The translations under genes were made by a program, and so were the position numbers. From positions 1-64,000 of the forward strand of contig CAVPQB010000003.1 of NCBI GenBank assembly GCA_963707505.1: DNA of 64,000 nt. The letters are read 5' to 3'. This stretch comes from an uncultured Gemmatimonadales bacterium. Its GTDB lineage: Bacteria > Gemmatimonadota > Gemmatimonadetes > Gemmatimonadales > Gemmatimonadaceae. The notes under the pieces were generated by a model, which did no database searches, had not been told where the DNA came from, and saw nothing but the letters and a program-made list of their open reading frames with translations. Positions 1 to 10,212 of the stretch are shown piece by piece (position 1 is the first letter of the stretch; each line of letters opens with the position of its first letter).

Positions 1-320
1 TGAGCCATCAGCCAAACCCTTCCATTCTCGACTATGCGGCCACGAAGGGGGCCATCGTCACCTTCACGAAGGGGCTTGCAAAGGAGGTGATCAAGAAAGG
101 GGTCCGAGCCAATGTCGTCGCTCCCGGACCCGTGTGGACTCCATTGATTGCTCAATCGTTCGACGAGAAGAGATCGGTAAATTTGCGCCGATTATCCAAT
201 AAGCGGACCCGGCGCAGCCCAAAGAGCTAGCGCCTGCCTATGTGTTTCTGGCTTCGGAAGAAGAAGCCGTATGTGAATGGCGAGGTGCTGGGTGTGACCG
301 GCGGCGAGCCGCTCGGCTAA
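1..320 (+). CDS. SDR family oxidoreductase, YghA/YdaD-like (C-terminal part, frameshifted)
   Basis: Manual translation gives [42 protein letters not shown]...[16 protein letters not shown] with the YxxxK and NxxxPG motifs; TAA at 318-320. Confidence 0.85.
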
Positions 321-885
321 GGCGTCAAGCGGGACGAGGCGATCTTACGCAGCTTTGCGTTTGCTTGCCTGTCTCGCGCGTACGCGTTCGATGCGCGCGA
401 TGCGCCGCGCCGCGAGGTCGGCCGAGGTAGCGTCAACTCCCGGGGAACGAGTTGGTCGAAGCCGAGCTTGAGGGCCTCTTGGAAGCGCATCTTCATGCGT
501 TTCCCGAGCTCCGAAAGCGCCTCGTCGGAGGCTTTCTCAGCGACCTTCGGAAACAACTCTTTTTCTTCCTCTTCCACGTGGTGATCGACGAGATCGCTCG
601 CGGCCGTAACCTTGGCTGCGAACGACCCCTGCCTTTTTGGGTCTGCGGCCAGCAAGCGCCCCAGTGCGATCTCGGCGAGGGCGTGCTCTTCGATACTTTC
701 CTCGATCATTTCGTGGTCGGCTTCGAGGGCGAACGGATAGAGAGCTGCGTCATGAGCATGTGCGCCGCTAGATTGTCGGCGAGCTCCCGGAGCGTTTCCT
801 CTTTCGATCCTCTTCCCGATTCGAGTCGACGGAAGAGCATCTTTACCTTCTTATGCTGTTGAACCAATAGGTCAGTCGCTTTCAT
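317..885 (-). CDS. Hemerythrin/HHE cation-binding domain protein (frameshifted near 710-750)
   Basis: MKATDLLVQQHKKVK...LAAHM joined to EESIEEHALAE...DHHVEEEEKELFPKV gives the H/HxxxE pattern. Confidence 0.8.
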
Positions 886-925
886 CGAAGTCCGCCTTTC
901 GCGCGTGGTGACGCGCTTCGTGATT

Positions 926-941
926 CGCAACTTCAATGCCG
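926..941 (-). promoter_or_regulatory. Putative sigma54 (-24/-12) promoter for the hemerythrin gene
   Basis: Minus strand CGGCAT-TGAAG-TTGCG, exact GG-N10-GC spacing, about 40 nt upstream of the ATG at 885. Confidence 0.55.
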
Positions 942-963
942 CCCAAAACGCGGCCGCTCGATC

Positions 964-1490
964 TCAAGCTGAAGCTCGCAAACGAGGCTCAGCTGATGCG
1001 GCTCGTTTCGAGTTGGCCCAGTGCACTACTGAACCGAGCGTTGCCCCATAGACGAGATGGGCAATCGTCATCGAAGTAGGTCTTCCAGGGCGATCCCGAT
1101 GCGGCGGGGGCATGAGGCGAAGCGCTGGGATCCAGCCGTAATAGCTCAGAGCCCAGAGTCCGGCTCCGTAGCCGGCACCCAGGAGCATCGAACGAAGGAG
1201 CGAACGGCGTCGGTGGCTGCGGCACCAAAGAGGGCGCCCGCTGTGCTTCCATAGCCCCAATGCGCAGCGAGCGCGACCACGGTATCGAGTGTTCGAGGAG
1301 CCGGCCAAAAACCTATTGCTCGACGCAAATTGCGCACGATTTCGCGAGGCGGCGGCTCACCCAGCGCGCCCGCTTTCTTTGCCACCAAGAGGGCGGCGCT
1401 CATCGTCAGGGTGCCAAGCGCTCCACCGACGATGCCCGAAGCGATGGAACGAAGCGTCTCACGCGACCCTCGATCCTTTGGTAGTTTCAC
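964..1490 (-). CDS. Small membrane protein (DUF1440/DUF6789-like), frameshifted
   Basis: ORFs 1146..1490 (GIVGGALGTLTMSAALL...AHWGYG) and 964..1308 (GAGYGAGLWALSYYGWIPAL...AHLVYGATLG) join into one hydrophobic protein. Confidence 0.6.
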
Positions 1491-2997
1491 TTCGGCGCGC
1501 GCGCAACGGCGCGTTGGCTGGACCGTTCAACACCTCGCCCGTGGAGAGAAGCGCGAGCCGTGAGCAAAGGGCAGCTCCACTCTTTGACTTCCCTGTCCCA
1601 ATGCACGATGCCGCCGAGGTGCGTGCACACCGCCGAGCACTCGTGCAAGGCGCCTTGAGGATCGCAATACACAGCGACCTTGTGCACGCCACGCTGCACG
1701 ACTTGGCCTTCGCCGAGCGGCACCCTTTTCGTCGTGACGGCGGGCTCAGGCAGGAACCACTTGGCATATTCAGCGCACAGTTCCCGCTACATCCGGCCAG
1801 TATTCACGCGCCGCTCGCACTGTCTTTCGCGAGGGATCATAGAGTTTCGTGAATGGGTCATCGCGCCCTTGAACGAGGTCGGGCACTATTAATCCCGCTA
1901 TTACGCCGTGCGTGATCCGCGTCCTGGAACTGGCCGGTCACCACATAGGGTTTTGCTGTGCGAAGGAGACCTCCCGATGTACGCGAGATAGTCGAACGGC
2001 TCGATCATGTTCTGACCAACGGTGCGTAGGTACGTCGAGGTTGCCGAACCTCTTCCGCGCCCATTGCTCCAGGCGCTCATAGCGCTGTTCTTCGTGGTTC
2101 GTCGTCCCGGTCTGATGGTCTTCGCCGCCGACGACGAGCTCGTCGAAGTCGGGTTCGACCGAAGCGATACGTACATAAGCGGCAAGGGTCTGCCAGATCT
2201 GAAGAGAGTCCATCCGAGATCGACCCTTTGGGGATGCGAAACGCGATGGACGCATACGATAAGCGGTTTGCTTGGTATGAAAGAAAAGGCGCGGAACGAA
2301 GGGACTGTTGGTTGCCACCACGATCACGTCGGCGCGGACCTCATAGCCTGTCGTCCGGATCTTATGCGGCGCAACCGCGGTCCAAATCGACCGCCATCGT
2401 ATGCTCGTAGATTGACCCGCCGTCGCCTTTCGATCGCCGACGCAAGCCCTTTCAAATAGGCAAGCGGCTGGAAGCGTCCTTGGTTGGGAAACACGAGATG
2501 GTCCGGTATCGAAGCCGAGCCCTGGGACACGTTGAGCATCGAACCCCTGGCAAACAAGCGCGACGCGCGGCTCCGAGCTCTTTTTCGAGAACCTTCGTCG
2601 TGTGCTGGGGATCGAGGAAGAGGTAGCCATCGATCCTCGCGAAGTCGCACGCGATGGATTCGCGTTCTGCAATGGCTTGGATGTGATCAATCGCAATCGA
2701 ATGGCTCTGGTACGCCAGGCGCGCTCCAGCTTCACCACGCGCTCGAGCTCGCTGAATCCGTCGTCGAGTGCGCTTGCAAGGTGCGCAGTCGTCTGCCCGG
2801 TTTCGCCGCCTCCTGTGCTGTGCGCTTCAAGAACGACGACGCGCTTGAGATCCTTTGAAGCGTATAGGCAACGCTCAGCCCGGCGATCCCAGCGCCATAT
2901 CAACGCAGACGTCGCACCGGACGCTCTCGCGCAGGGGAGGTCGGTCTTCGGCGGGCTCACTCTTCCACAAGGAAACGGTTGATTCGCCAGCATCCAT
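1487..2997 (-). CDS. FAD-dependent oxidoreductase with C-terminal Rieske [2Fe-2S] domain (YhfW-like), multiple frameshifts
   Basis: Fragments: SLWK...CDVCV; VVVLEAHSTGGGETGQTTAHL; QGRFQPLAYLKGLA; VIVVATNSP; LVVGGEDHQTG; and the Rieske motif SAVCTHLG...WSCP. Confidence 0.8.
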
Positions 2998-3021
2998 AGG
3001 TGCCTCTCGGCACGCGTTCGC

Positions 3022-3037
3022 AGCAAGGCACGGGCCA
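3022..3037 (-). promoter_or_regulatory. Putative sigma54 (-24/-12) promoter for the YhfW-like operon
   Basis: Minus strand TGGCCC-GTGCC-TTGCT (GG-N10-GC), followed by a GAGAGG SD and the ATG at 2997. Confidence 0.6.
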
Positions 3038-3126
3038 CGTCGGACCTGGCGCCTGCCAATAAAACAACGAAGAACCGGATCGAAATGGCTCAATGAATGG
3101 AACTGTCGGGAACCCCAAGAGGGATC

Positions 3127-3745
3127 TCACGAAAAGCCGAGAGCGCGGAAGAGATCGGTGAAAAATCCACCTTCTTTTCCGGCCCCATACACACCTGCCG
3201 CGCGAAGATCCTCTTCTGACTGCTGGTCGAGCGTCGGCGAAGGCGGTGACGAACGTGGCGAGCTCATCGCGATCGAACCAGGTTCCGTGACTGTCGCAAA
3301 CGTCGATCGAATGAATCGTGTCGGCGAGGGGAACTCTTGCAGCGCGTTCTTGCACTCGGGGCAGCTCACCAAAGGTCGGCGGTCGGGGGCGATGAGGGTG
3401 GGACCGAGCAGTGCGTCGGGCTGGCGAGGCCGACCTCGTTGTCGCGTACGTTCTCAAGTGTTCGACCGTCTTGTTGTCGATCGAAACACCGCTCATCGTC
3501 CATCCGTGAAACACGCACGCGCTCGATTGCGCCGCGCGTAGGCCATCCGCGCATCGGGGACAGAGAAGAGAGCGATCGACGCCGCCCTTCGGCGTCGTGA
3601 TACGACGACGCGCTCGACAATGTGTTCGATCACTCTCGGCCCTGGCGCCGCCGTCGCTCCACAATAGGCACACGTCACGCTGTTCGTTACGGCTTCTGGC
3701 GGGGAGGGGCGCTCCACACTTGGGACAGGCAAGAGCGACGGTCAT
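3127..3745 (-). CDS. Multi-zinc-ribbon (zf-TFIIB-like) protein, frameshifted
   Basis: CPKC, CAYC, CPRC, CPEC and IDVCDSHGTWFDRDEL are spread across frames; the last matches the zf-TFIIB-type GxWFDxxEL motif. Confidence 0.65.
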
Positions 3746-3797
3746 CGGGTGGAGCGTACTTGATTTGGCTGCTGGGGATGGTGCGCTAGCGAACGCA

Positions 3798-3815
3798 CCG
3801 CCAAGATCGCCCAAG
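3798..3815 (+). promoter_or_regulatory. Operator-like motif copy 1 (CCGCCAAGATCGCCCAAG), upstream of araC
   Basis: 17/18 identical to 4673-4690; followed by -10-like TACACT (3834-3839) and GTG at 3846. Confidence 0.6.
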
Positions 3816-3845
3816 CCCGGCGTCGCGCTGGCCTACACTGAGCTC

Positions 3846-4727
3846 GTGCTGTCGACCGACGATCGCCGGCGGGTCCGGTTCTGGCGGCCCGACACGCCCT
3901 CGGTGACGGGCATGCTCCGGGTGGAGAACGAGGATCGCACGAGGATCACCTACGCCGAGCACTTCACGGTCGTGGTGGTGTACGAGGGCGCCTTCGACGG
4001 CTGGTACCGCGGCGGCGTGCGCACGCACGTCGCGGGCTCGCTCAAGCTCAAGGAGCCGGGCGAGGTCCACCGCGACCTGCGCGTCCACGCGCCGTTCACG
4101 CTGCAGGGCGCCGGGTTCGCGCCCGAGCTGGTCGCCGCCGCGGCCGATGCGATGGGCGTGCGCGGCGCCGCGTGCATTTCAGGGCGCCCGGCTTCGCCCC
4201 GGGGGAGCGCGCCGTCGCGGCTCGCGTTCGCCATGCACGACGCGCTGGTCCGCGAAGGCGCGCACCGAGATCGAGCGCGCCACGCTGGTCGCCGAGACGC
4301 TGAGCGAGATCCTCGGCGCCAGCCCTCGGCGTCGAGCGCGCGCGCGCCGCGGGCGGTGCGCCGCGCGCGCGCCTTCCTGCACGACGCGCTCGCCGACAAG
4401 ATCACGCTCGACGAGCTCGCCGAGCACGCGGGGCTCGACAAGTTCCACCTGGTGCGCGCGTTTCGCCCCGAGGTCGGGCTGCCCCCCTACGAGTACCTGA
4501 CCCACCTGCGCGTCTCGCGCGCCCGGGAGCTGCTCCGGCGCGGCGTGCTCGTCGCCGAGGCCGCGCAGGCGGTCGGCTTCTACGACGAGAGCCAGCTCCA
4601 CCGGCACTTCCGGCGCATCGTCGGCGTCCCGCCGGGCGTCTACGCCCGGAGCTTCGGCGCCGCCGAGCGAACCCGCCAACATCGCCCAAGGCGAGCAGGC
4701 CTCCGGCGACGCATCCTCGCCGCATGA
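3846..4727 (+). CDS. AraC family transcriptional regulator (ligand-binding domain plus HTH)
   Basis: EPGEVH in the N-domain; ITLDELAEHAGLDKFHLVRAF...GLPPYEYL...AQAVGFYDESQLHRHFRRIVGVPPG; local compensating frameshifts. Confidence 0.92.
   Translation: MLSTDDRRRVRFWRPDTPSVTGMLRVENEDRTRITYAEHFTVVVVYEGAFDGWYRGGVRTHVAGSLKLKEPGEVHRDLRVHAPFTLQGAGFAPELVAAAADAMGVRGAACISGRPASPRGSAPSRLAFAMHDALVREGAHRDRARHAGRRDAERDPRRQPSASSARAPRAVRRARAFLHDALADKITLDELAEHAGLDKFHLVRAFRPEVGLPPYEYLTHLRVSRARELLRRGVLVAEAAQAVGFYDESQLHRHFRRIVGVPPGVYARSFGAAERTRQHRPRRAGLRRRILAA
4673..4690 (+). promoter_or_regulatory. Operator-like motif copy 2 (CCGCCAACATCGCCCAAG), in the araC 3' end upstream of the AKR gene
   Basis: Direct repeat of 3798-3815; followed by CATCCT (4712-4717) and ATG at 4724. 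Confidence 0.6.
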
Positions 4728-5640
4728 ACGAACCCACTCGCAGTGAAGGCTACGCACACGCTCCCGCCACCATCCGCCTCGGCGACCTCGAGGTGCAGCG
4801 CATGGGCTACGGCGCCATGCGCCTGCCCGGCAAGGACGTCTGGGGCGAGCCCGACGATCCGGCGCGCGCGCGCAGCGTCCTGCGCCGCGCGGTGGAGCTG
4901 GGCATCAACTTCATCGACACCGCCTGGTACTACGGCCCGCTCGTCGCCAACCGGCTGATCGCCGAGGCGCTGCACCCGTACCCGCGCGATCTGGTGATCG
5001 CCACCAAGCTCGGCGGCAAGCGCCTGCCGGACAAGGGCTGGGCGCCCGCGCTCCGCCCCGAGGAGCTGCGCAAGGGCGCCGAGGACGATCTGCGCACGCT
5101 GCGGCTCGAGCGGCTCGACGTCGTGCACCTGCGCTACATGCCCGGCCGCCGGCGTCCCCTTCATGGAGTCGCTCGACGCGCTGCTCGCGATGCAGGCCGA
5201 GGGCAAGATCCGCCACCTGGCGCTCAGCAACGTCAACGTCGCGCGAGCTCGAGCAGGCGCTCGCGCGCACGCCCATCGTCGCCGTGCAGAACATGTTCAA
5301 CGTCTCGGGCGGCGGCGGCGCGATCGCCAAGCACACCCACTCCGAGGTCGACGACCCCGAAGGCGTGCTCGAGCTCTGCACGCGGAAGAACATCGCCTAC
5401 CTGCCGTTCTTCCCGCTCGCCGTCGGCAACGTCGCCCAAGACAAGCCCGCGCTCGCCGCGATCGCCGACAAGCACCGCGCCTCGCCCGCGCAGATCGCGC
5501 TCGCCTGGCTGCTCGCGCGCTCGCCGGTCATGCTGCCGATCCCCGGCACCAGCTCGGTCGAGCACCTCGAGGAGAACTGGGACGCCCGCCGCATCGCGCT
5601 CTCGCCCGACGAGGTCGCCGCGATCGCCAAGCAGGGCTAG
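4724..5640 (+). CDS. Aldo/keto reductase (YdbC-like), frameshifted
   Basis: RMGYGAMRL, GINFIDTAWYYG, IATKLG, LRLERLDVVHL; GKIRHLALSN; QIALAWLL...LPIPGTSSVEHLEEN; TAG at 5640. Confidence 0.9.
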
Positions 5641-6489
5641 GGGCGCCCGACGAAACGAGCCCCAACCTCGAAGCTATCGAAAGGGGACGAAGCGCTGCCC
5701 ACGCTCAACAACAGGATACCAAGGGATTCGGCACTCGACCGTTCGTCAGATGGGTGATCGTTTGGACCGGCAGCGAACACGACGGAAAGAGCCCGTCGCG
5801 ATGGGCTCTTCACGACCGTTCAGGAGTACGTAGATTCGAGTTTCTCGCTTGGTTTCGGTCGCACCCGTGGGGCGGCCACCTCGTACGTGAACGATGCGCC
5901 TCTCGATCGTGCGGATTGGGAGGCCCAGGATTTCGTTCATGGATGACGGTTATTCCTCTGACGCACCACGAGAGCAGAAAACGCGCGCTGTCGAAATAGA
6001 GGCGTCGCATACCTATCCAAACATAAAGGGCGGCCCGAGGAGCAAGCATCCAACGACCAAGAATCCAATGAGCGTCGCGGCCAACCGCCCATCGGCAAAG
6101 ACGAAAAATGGATTGTCACGCTTCAAGCCATCTCGAATGGCCAACCCAAAGGGGGCTACGAAAAGAGCTCCTAGCGTTGAACTATGTACGGAAGCTCGTC
6201 CAAGTCTCGAAAAACCAACTTCATAACTTCCAAGCCCTCACGGATGAAACCCACGAGATCAATGTCCGTTGCGAACTATTCGACCTGGCGGATAACCTCT
6301 CATTGAGTTCGCACGACTCGATTGCGGGGCTCCGATCAGCCGAAAATTGGGCGAGGGCCGACAACTCAAGCTCACCGTCAACCTCTGAAATACTTCCAAC
6401 CCACCGTTACGCGCCCTGCTTCAAAAACCTCCCCATCGCGCGTTCTTCCGCAACAGAGAAATCCCAATCCGTACGAGATGAACATCAAC

Positions 6490-6827
6490 CGCCATTGCAG
6501 GATCGATCACGATCGTCGTCGCAGGATCGAACTGATCGGCGAGCCATGGCGGCGTCACTACCAGCTGGCCAACCCGATGCGCGTCGACGTTCGCGCGCCA
6601 CTCGCTCCAGTCGATGGCAGGGACGTCCGTCACGTCAATGATCGCTGACGGATCAACTCCGTGCAGCGCGTCCACGACACGCGACGTATCGACGTCCGGC
6701 GGAAAATGCGTGACGAGAGCGTCTCCGTCCTCGTGCACTCCCTGCGACCCGCGTCGAACAACGCGCTCATCACCGCATCACGATCGGCGCACTGTTCAAC
6801 TCGAACCGCGCGCCATTGCTGAGTCAC
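6490..6827 (-). pseudogene. prmA: Ribosomal protein L11 methyltransferase, N-terminal fragment truncated before the FGTG motif
   Basis: Overlaps the dnaJ stop; reads ...DWSEWR...VVTPPW...IVIDPAMA and then unrelated sequence instead of FGTGxH. Confidence 0.8.
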
Positions 6828-7965
6828 GCGCCGAGCGATTCCTTGACCTTTGACCAGAAGCCGCGCTCGCGTTTGGTCGGCGCGAGCGGCCGGATGTCGT
6901 GAAGCTGCCGGAGGAGCTTGGCCTCCTCATCGCTCATGACGTCGGGCGTCCAGAGCTGCAGACGCACGTGCAGGTCGCCGGTACCCGACGCGTTGATGCG
7001 CGGCAGTCCGCGGCCGCGCAGGTGGAACACCTGGCCGCTCTGCGTGCCGGCGGGAATTCGCAGCGTCACCGATGCGCGTGACCGTCGGCACCTCGACGTC
7101 CGCGCCGAGCACGAGCTGCGGATAGGTGACGAGCACTTCGGTGTAGAGATCTTCGCCGTCGCGCTCGAAGCGTGGATCGTCCTCGACCTCGAACACGACG
7201 AGGATGTCGCCACGCGGACCGCCGCGCGGGCCACGTTGCCGACGCCGCGCATCGTCATGTACTGACCGGTCGCGACGCCAGCCGGAACCTTGATCGCGAC
7301 CTGCTCTTCTCGCCGCGCATGCGTCCTTCGCCCCGGCACTTCTTGCACGGCGACGCGATGATCTGTCCGTCGCCCGCGCAGGTCGGGCACGGCGCGAACG
7401 CTGACGACCTGACCGAAGAACGATCGCTGCGCGCGACGCACTTCGCCCGCGCCCTCGCACGTCGGGCACGTGCTGCGACTGGTGCCCGGCTCGGCGCCGC
7501 TGCCCTCGCAGCGGTCGCACGGGTCGAGCAGCTTGACCGTGACCGGCTTCTCGACGCCGGTCGCGACTTCGGCGAGCGTGAGCGGCACCGCTGATGCTTG
7601 ATGTCGGAGCCCGTGCGCGGACCGCTGCGCCCTGCCGCGACCGCCGAACAGATCGTCGAAGCCCGCCGAATCCGCCGAGGTCGCGCATGAAGATGTTGAG
7701 CGCTTCGGAGAGATCGACGTGGTGGAAGCCGCCGCCGCCGCCGCCGCGCAGCCCCGCCTCGCCGTAGCGATCGTACGCGGCGCGCTTTTGCGGATCGCGC
7801 AGCACGTCGTACGCTTCGGTGATCTCCTTGAACTTCTCCTCGGCTTCCTTCGAGCCGTTGTTGCGGTCCGGGTGGATACGTCATCGCCAGCTTGCGATAC
7901 GCCTTCTTGATGTCGTCGTCCGACGCGCCGCGGTCGACGCCGAGCGTTTCATAAAAATCAGCCAT
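6824..7965 (-). CDS. dnaJ: Molecular chaperone DnaJ (frameshifted)
   Basis: [10 protein letters not shown]...[10 protein letters not shown]-domain, G/F-rich region, and four CxxCxGxG repeats ([32 protein letters not shown]). Confidence 0.95.
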
Positions 7966-8023
7966 GTTGCGTGATGCGGGTCGAGCGGATGCGTGCCACT
8001 TCGTAGCAGCGGAGTCGCGTGCG

Positions 8024-9081
8024 TCACTCGAGCAAATCGCTAGCAAGCGGGATGTGTGCTGCACGAGCGAGATGACCTTGTCGTACGGCATGCGCGTCGG
8101 ACCGATGACGCCGATGACGCCCGTCGAGCGCGCCGACGTGATACTCGGCCGTCACGACGCGTGAACTCGTCGAGCGCGGATCGCCGTGCTCGTCGCCGAT
8201 CGTGATGCACACGCCCGGCCGTTGTCGCTGCGCTTGCGCAGCGCGTCCGCGAGGTCGTGTCGGCGTCTCGGTGAGCGCCAGCAGCCGCCGCATGCTGTCT
8301 CGGCGCCGGCGAACTCCGGCTGCTCGGCGAGCACCGATGCCTGCACCGAGCGATGACGTCGTTCGCCGAATCGGCAGCGCGGCGTCGAACAGCTGCTCGC
8401 CCTCCTCGACGAAGATGTTGAGCAGCTCGGCCGCGCCGGCTCGGCTGCGTGTCGCGCAGCCGCTCGCGACAGCGACGCGCGAATCTCGCGCAGCGTGAGT
8501 CCGGCGAGCCGCTCGTTGAGCACGCGCGAGACTTCGGCGATCGCCGTCGTCGGCGATCTGACCCGCGACCTCGACGAAGATCGTGCGCACGCCACCGCCG
8601 CACCGAGCAGCGACGACGAGCAGGCGATCGGACGCAAGCCGAACCAGCTCGACGCGGTCGCAGGACGCTCGCGTCGAAGCGCGGCCCGAGCGCGACGCCG
8701 AGCTCCTGCGTGATGCACGCCGAGGCTCTGCGCGGCGCGACGCAGGATGTTCTCGACGGCCGAGCCGCCGCTGGCGATATCTGCAGCGCGAGGCGGTCGC
8801 GCTCTGCCGGCGTGACGACTTGCGCGCGGGCGAGGATCGAGTCGACGTACACGCGATACGCCACGTCGGTCGGAACTCGGCCGGCCGAGGTGTGCGGGTG
8901 GAAGAGATAGCCCTTCTCTTCCAGGTCGCTCATCGTGTTGCGGATGGTCGCCGGCGACACACCGAAGCCCGAACCGACGCGCAAGCTGACGCGACCCGGC
9001 GGGCTCGGCGGTTTCGACGTACGTCTGGATGACGGCCTCGAGCACCCGGCGCTCTCGGTCGGTCAGTTCGGCAAGTGCCAT
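8024..9081 (-). CDS. hrcA: Heat-inducible transcription repressor HrcA (frameshifted)
   Basis: [66 protein letters not shown] near the C-terminus. Confidence 0.95.
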
Positions 9082-9088
9082 AAGTGCA

Positions 9089-9118
9089 ATAGTATCAACG
9101 ACTTCCGGCGAGTGTCAA
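9089..9118 (-). promoter_or_regulatory. sigma70-type promoter for hrcA-dnaJ-prmA, embedded in the hemW 3' end, probably leaderless
   Basis: TTGACA (9118-9113), 18-nt spacer ending in TGn, TACTAT (9094-9089), 7 nt, then ATG at 9081; no SD. Confidence 0.7.
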
Positions 9119-10212
9119 GGCCGCTGCGAGCGCATCCAGGCGAAGCCAGCCAGTCGCGGTTAGAACGATCGTTCGGTTCGCGATCTCGCCCATCCGGCGT
9201 CGACCCAAGGACGAGCACGCTCGATTTCCGCATCGGTCGCGTGCAGACCGTCCGTCGGTACGCAGTCCTAGATACACCGACTCGGCCAGTCGGTTCTCCT
9301 CGGTGAGCGATTCCCGCTCTGCAACAACGCTGTCGCCGGAGCGCAAGCGCCTCTCCCAATCTGTATACGCCGCGACGTTCCAGCTACGGGCATCTCCGTC
9401 GAACGAGTGCGCGGACGGGCCGAGCGCCGCGTACGGTACGCCGGTCCAGTAGGACGAGTTGTGCCGCGAACGGCGCCGGGGCGCGCGAAGTTGGAGACTT
9501 CGTAGTGCTCGAAGCCGGCGGCGGCGAGCCTTTCGTGCGCCATCAGGAACTCGGCTTCGTAGCGCTCTTCTGGCGCCTCGACGACCTGGCCGCGGGCTCG
9601 CCAGCGGCCGAGCGGCGTGTGCGGCTCGATCGTGAGTCCGTACAGCGAGACGTGGTCGGGCTCGAGCGCGAGCGCGCGCTCCAGATCAGCGCTCCAGTCG
9701 CGCAGGAGCGACTCCGGGAGCGCGAAGATGAGATCGAGCGAGAGGTTGGCGATCCCGGCCGCACGCAGCGTCCCGATCGCCGCGCGCGATCCTGCGGAAC
9801 CGCGTGGGTTCGGTGCATCCACTCGAGCACGGCGGGATCGAACGACTGCGCTCCGAGCGAGACGCGGTTCACTCCGGCCCCGACCCATGCCGCTGCGTCG
9901 TCAGGCGTGACGTCGTCCGGGTTCGCCTCGATGGTCATCTCGGCGCCAGCGGCGAGCGCGACGCGTTCCCGGACGAGTTCCACAACGTCGACCACACCAG
10001 CACCGAGCCGCGACGGAGTACCGCCGCCGAGATAGATCGTGTCGAGCTCCCAGCGACTCGTGTCGTGTCGCGCGAATCTCGAGTCGGCGATCGAGCTCCA
10101 CGTACCGTGCGACCGGCACCGTACGTCGCACGGCGATGGAGAAATCGCAGTACGAGCAGCGGCGCGCGCAGAAGGGAACGTGGATGTAGAGGTGGCGCAC
10201 GGGGTTGACCAT
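9095..10212 (-). CDS. hemW: Radical SAM heme chaperone HemW (frameshifted)
   Basis: HLYIHVPFCARRCSYCDF, TIEANP, NRVSLGAQSF, HVSLYGLTIEP, HYEVSNFA; located upstream of hrcA. Confidence 0.9.
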
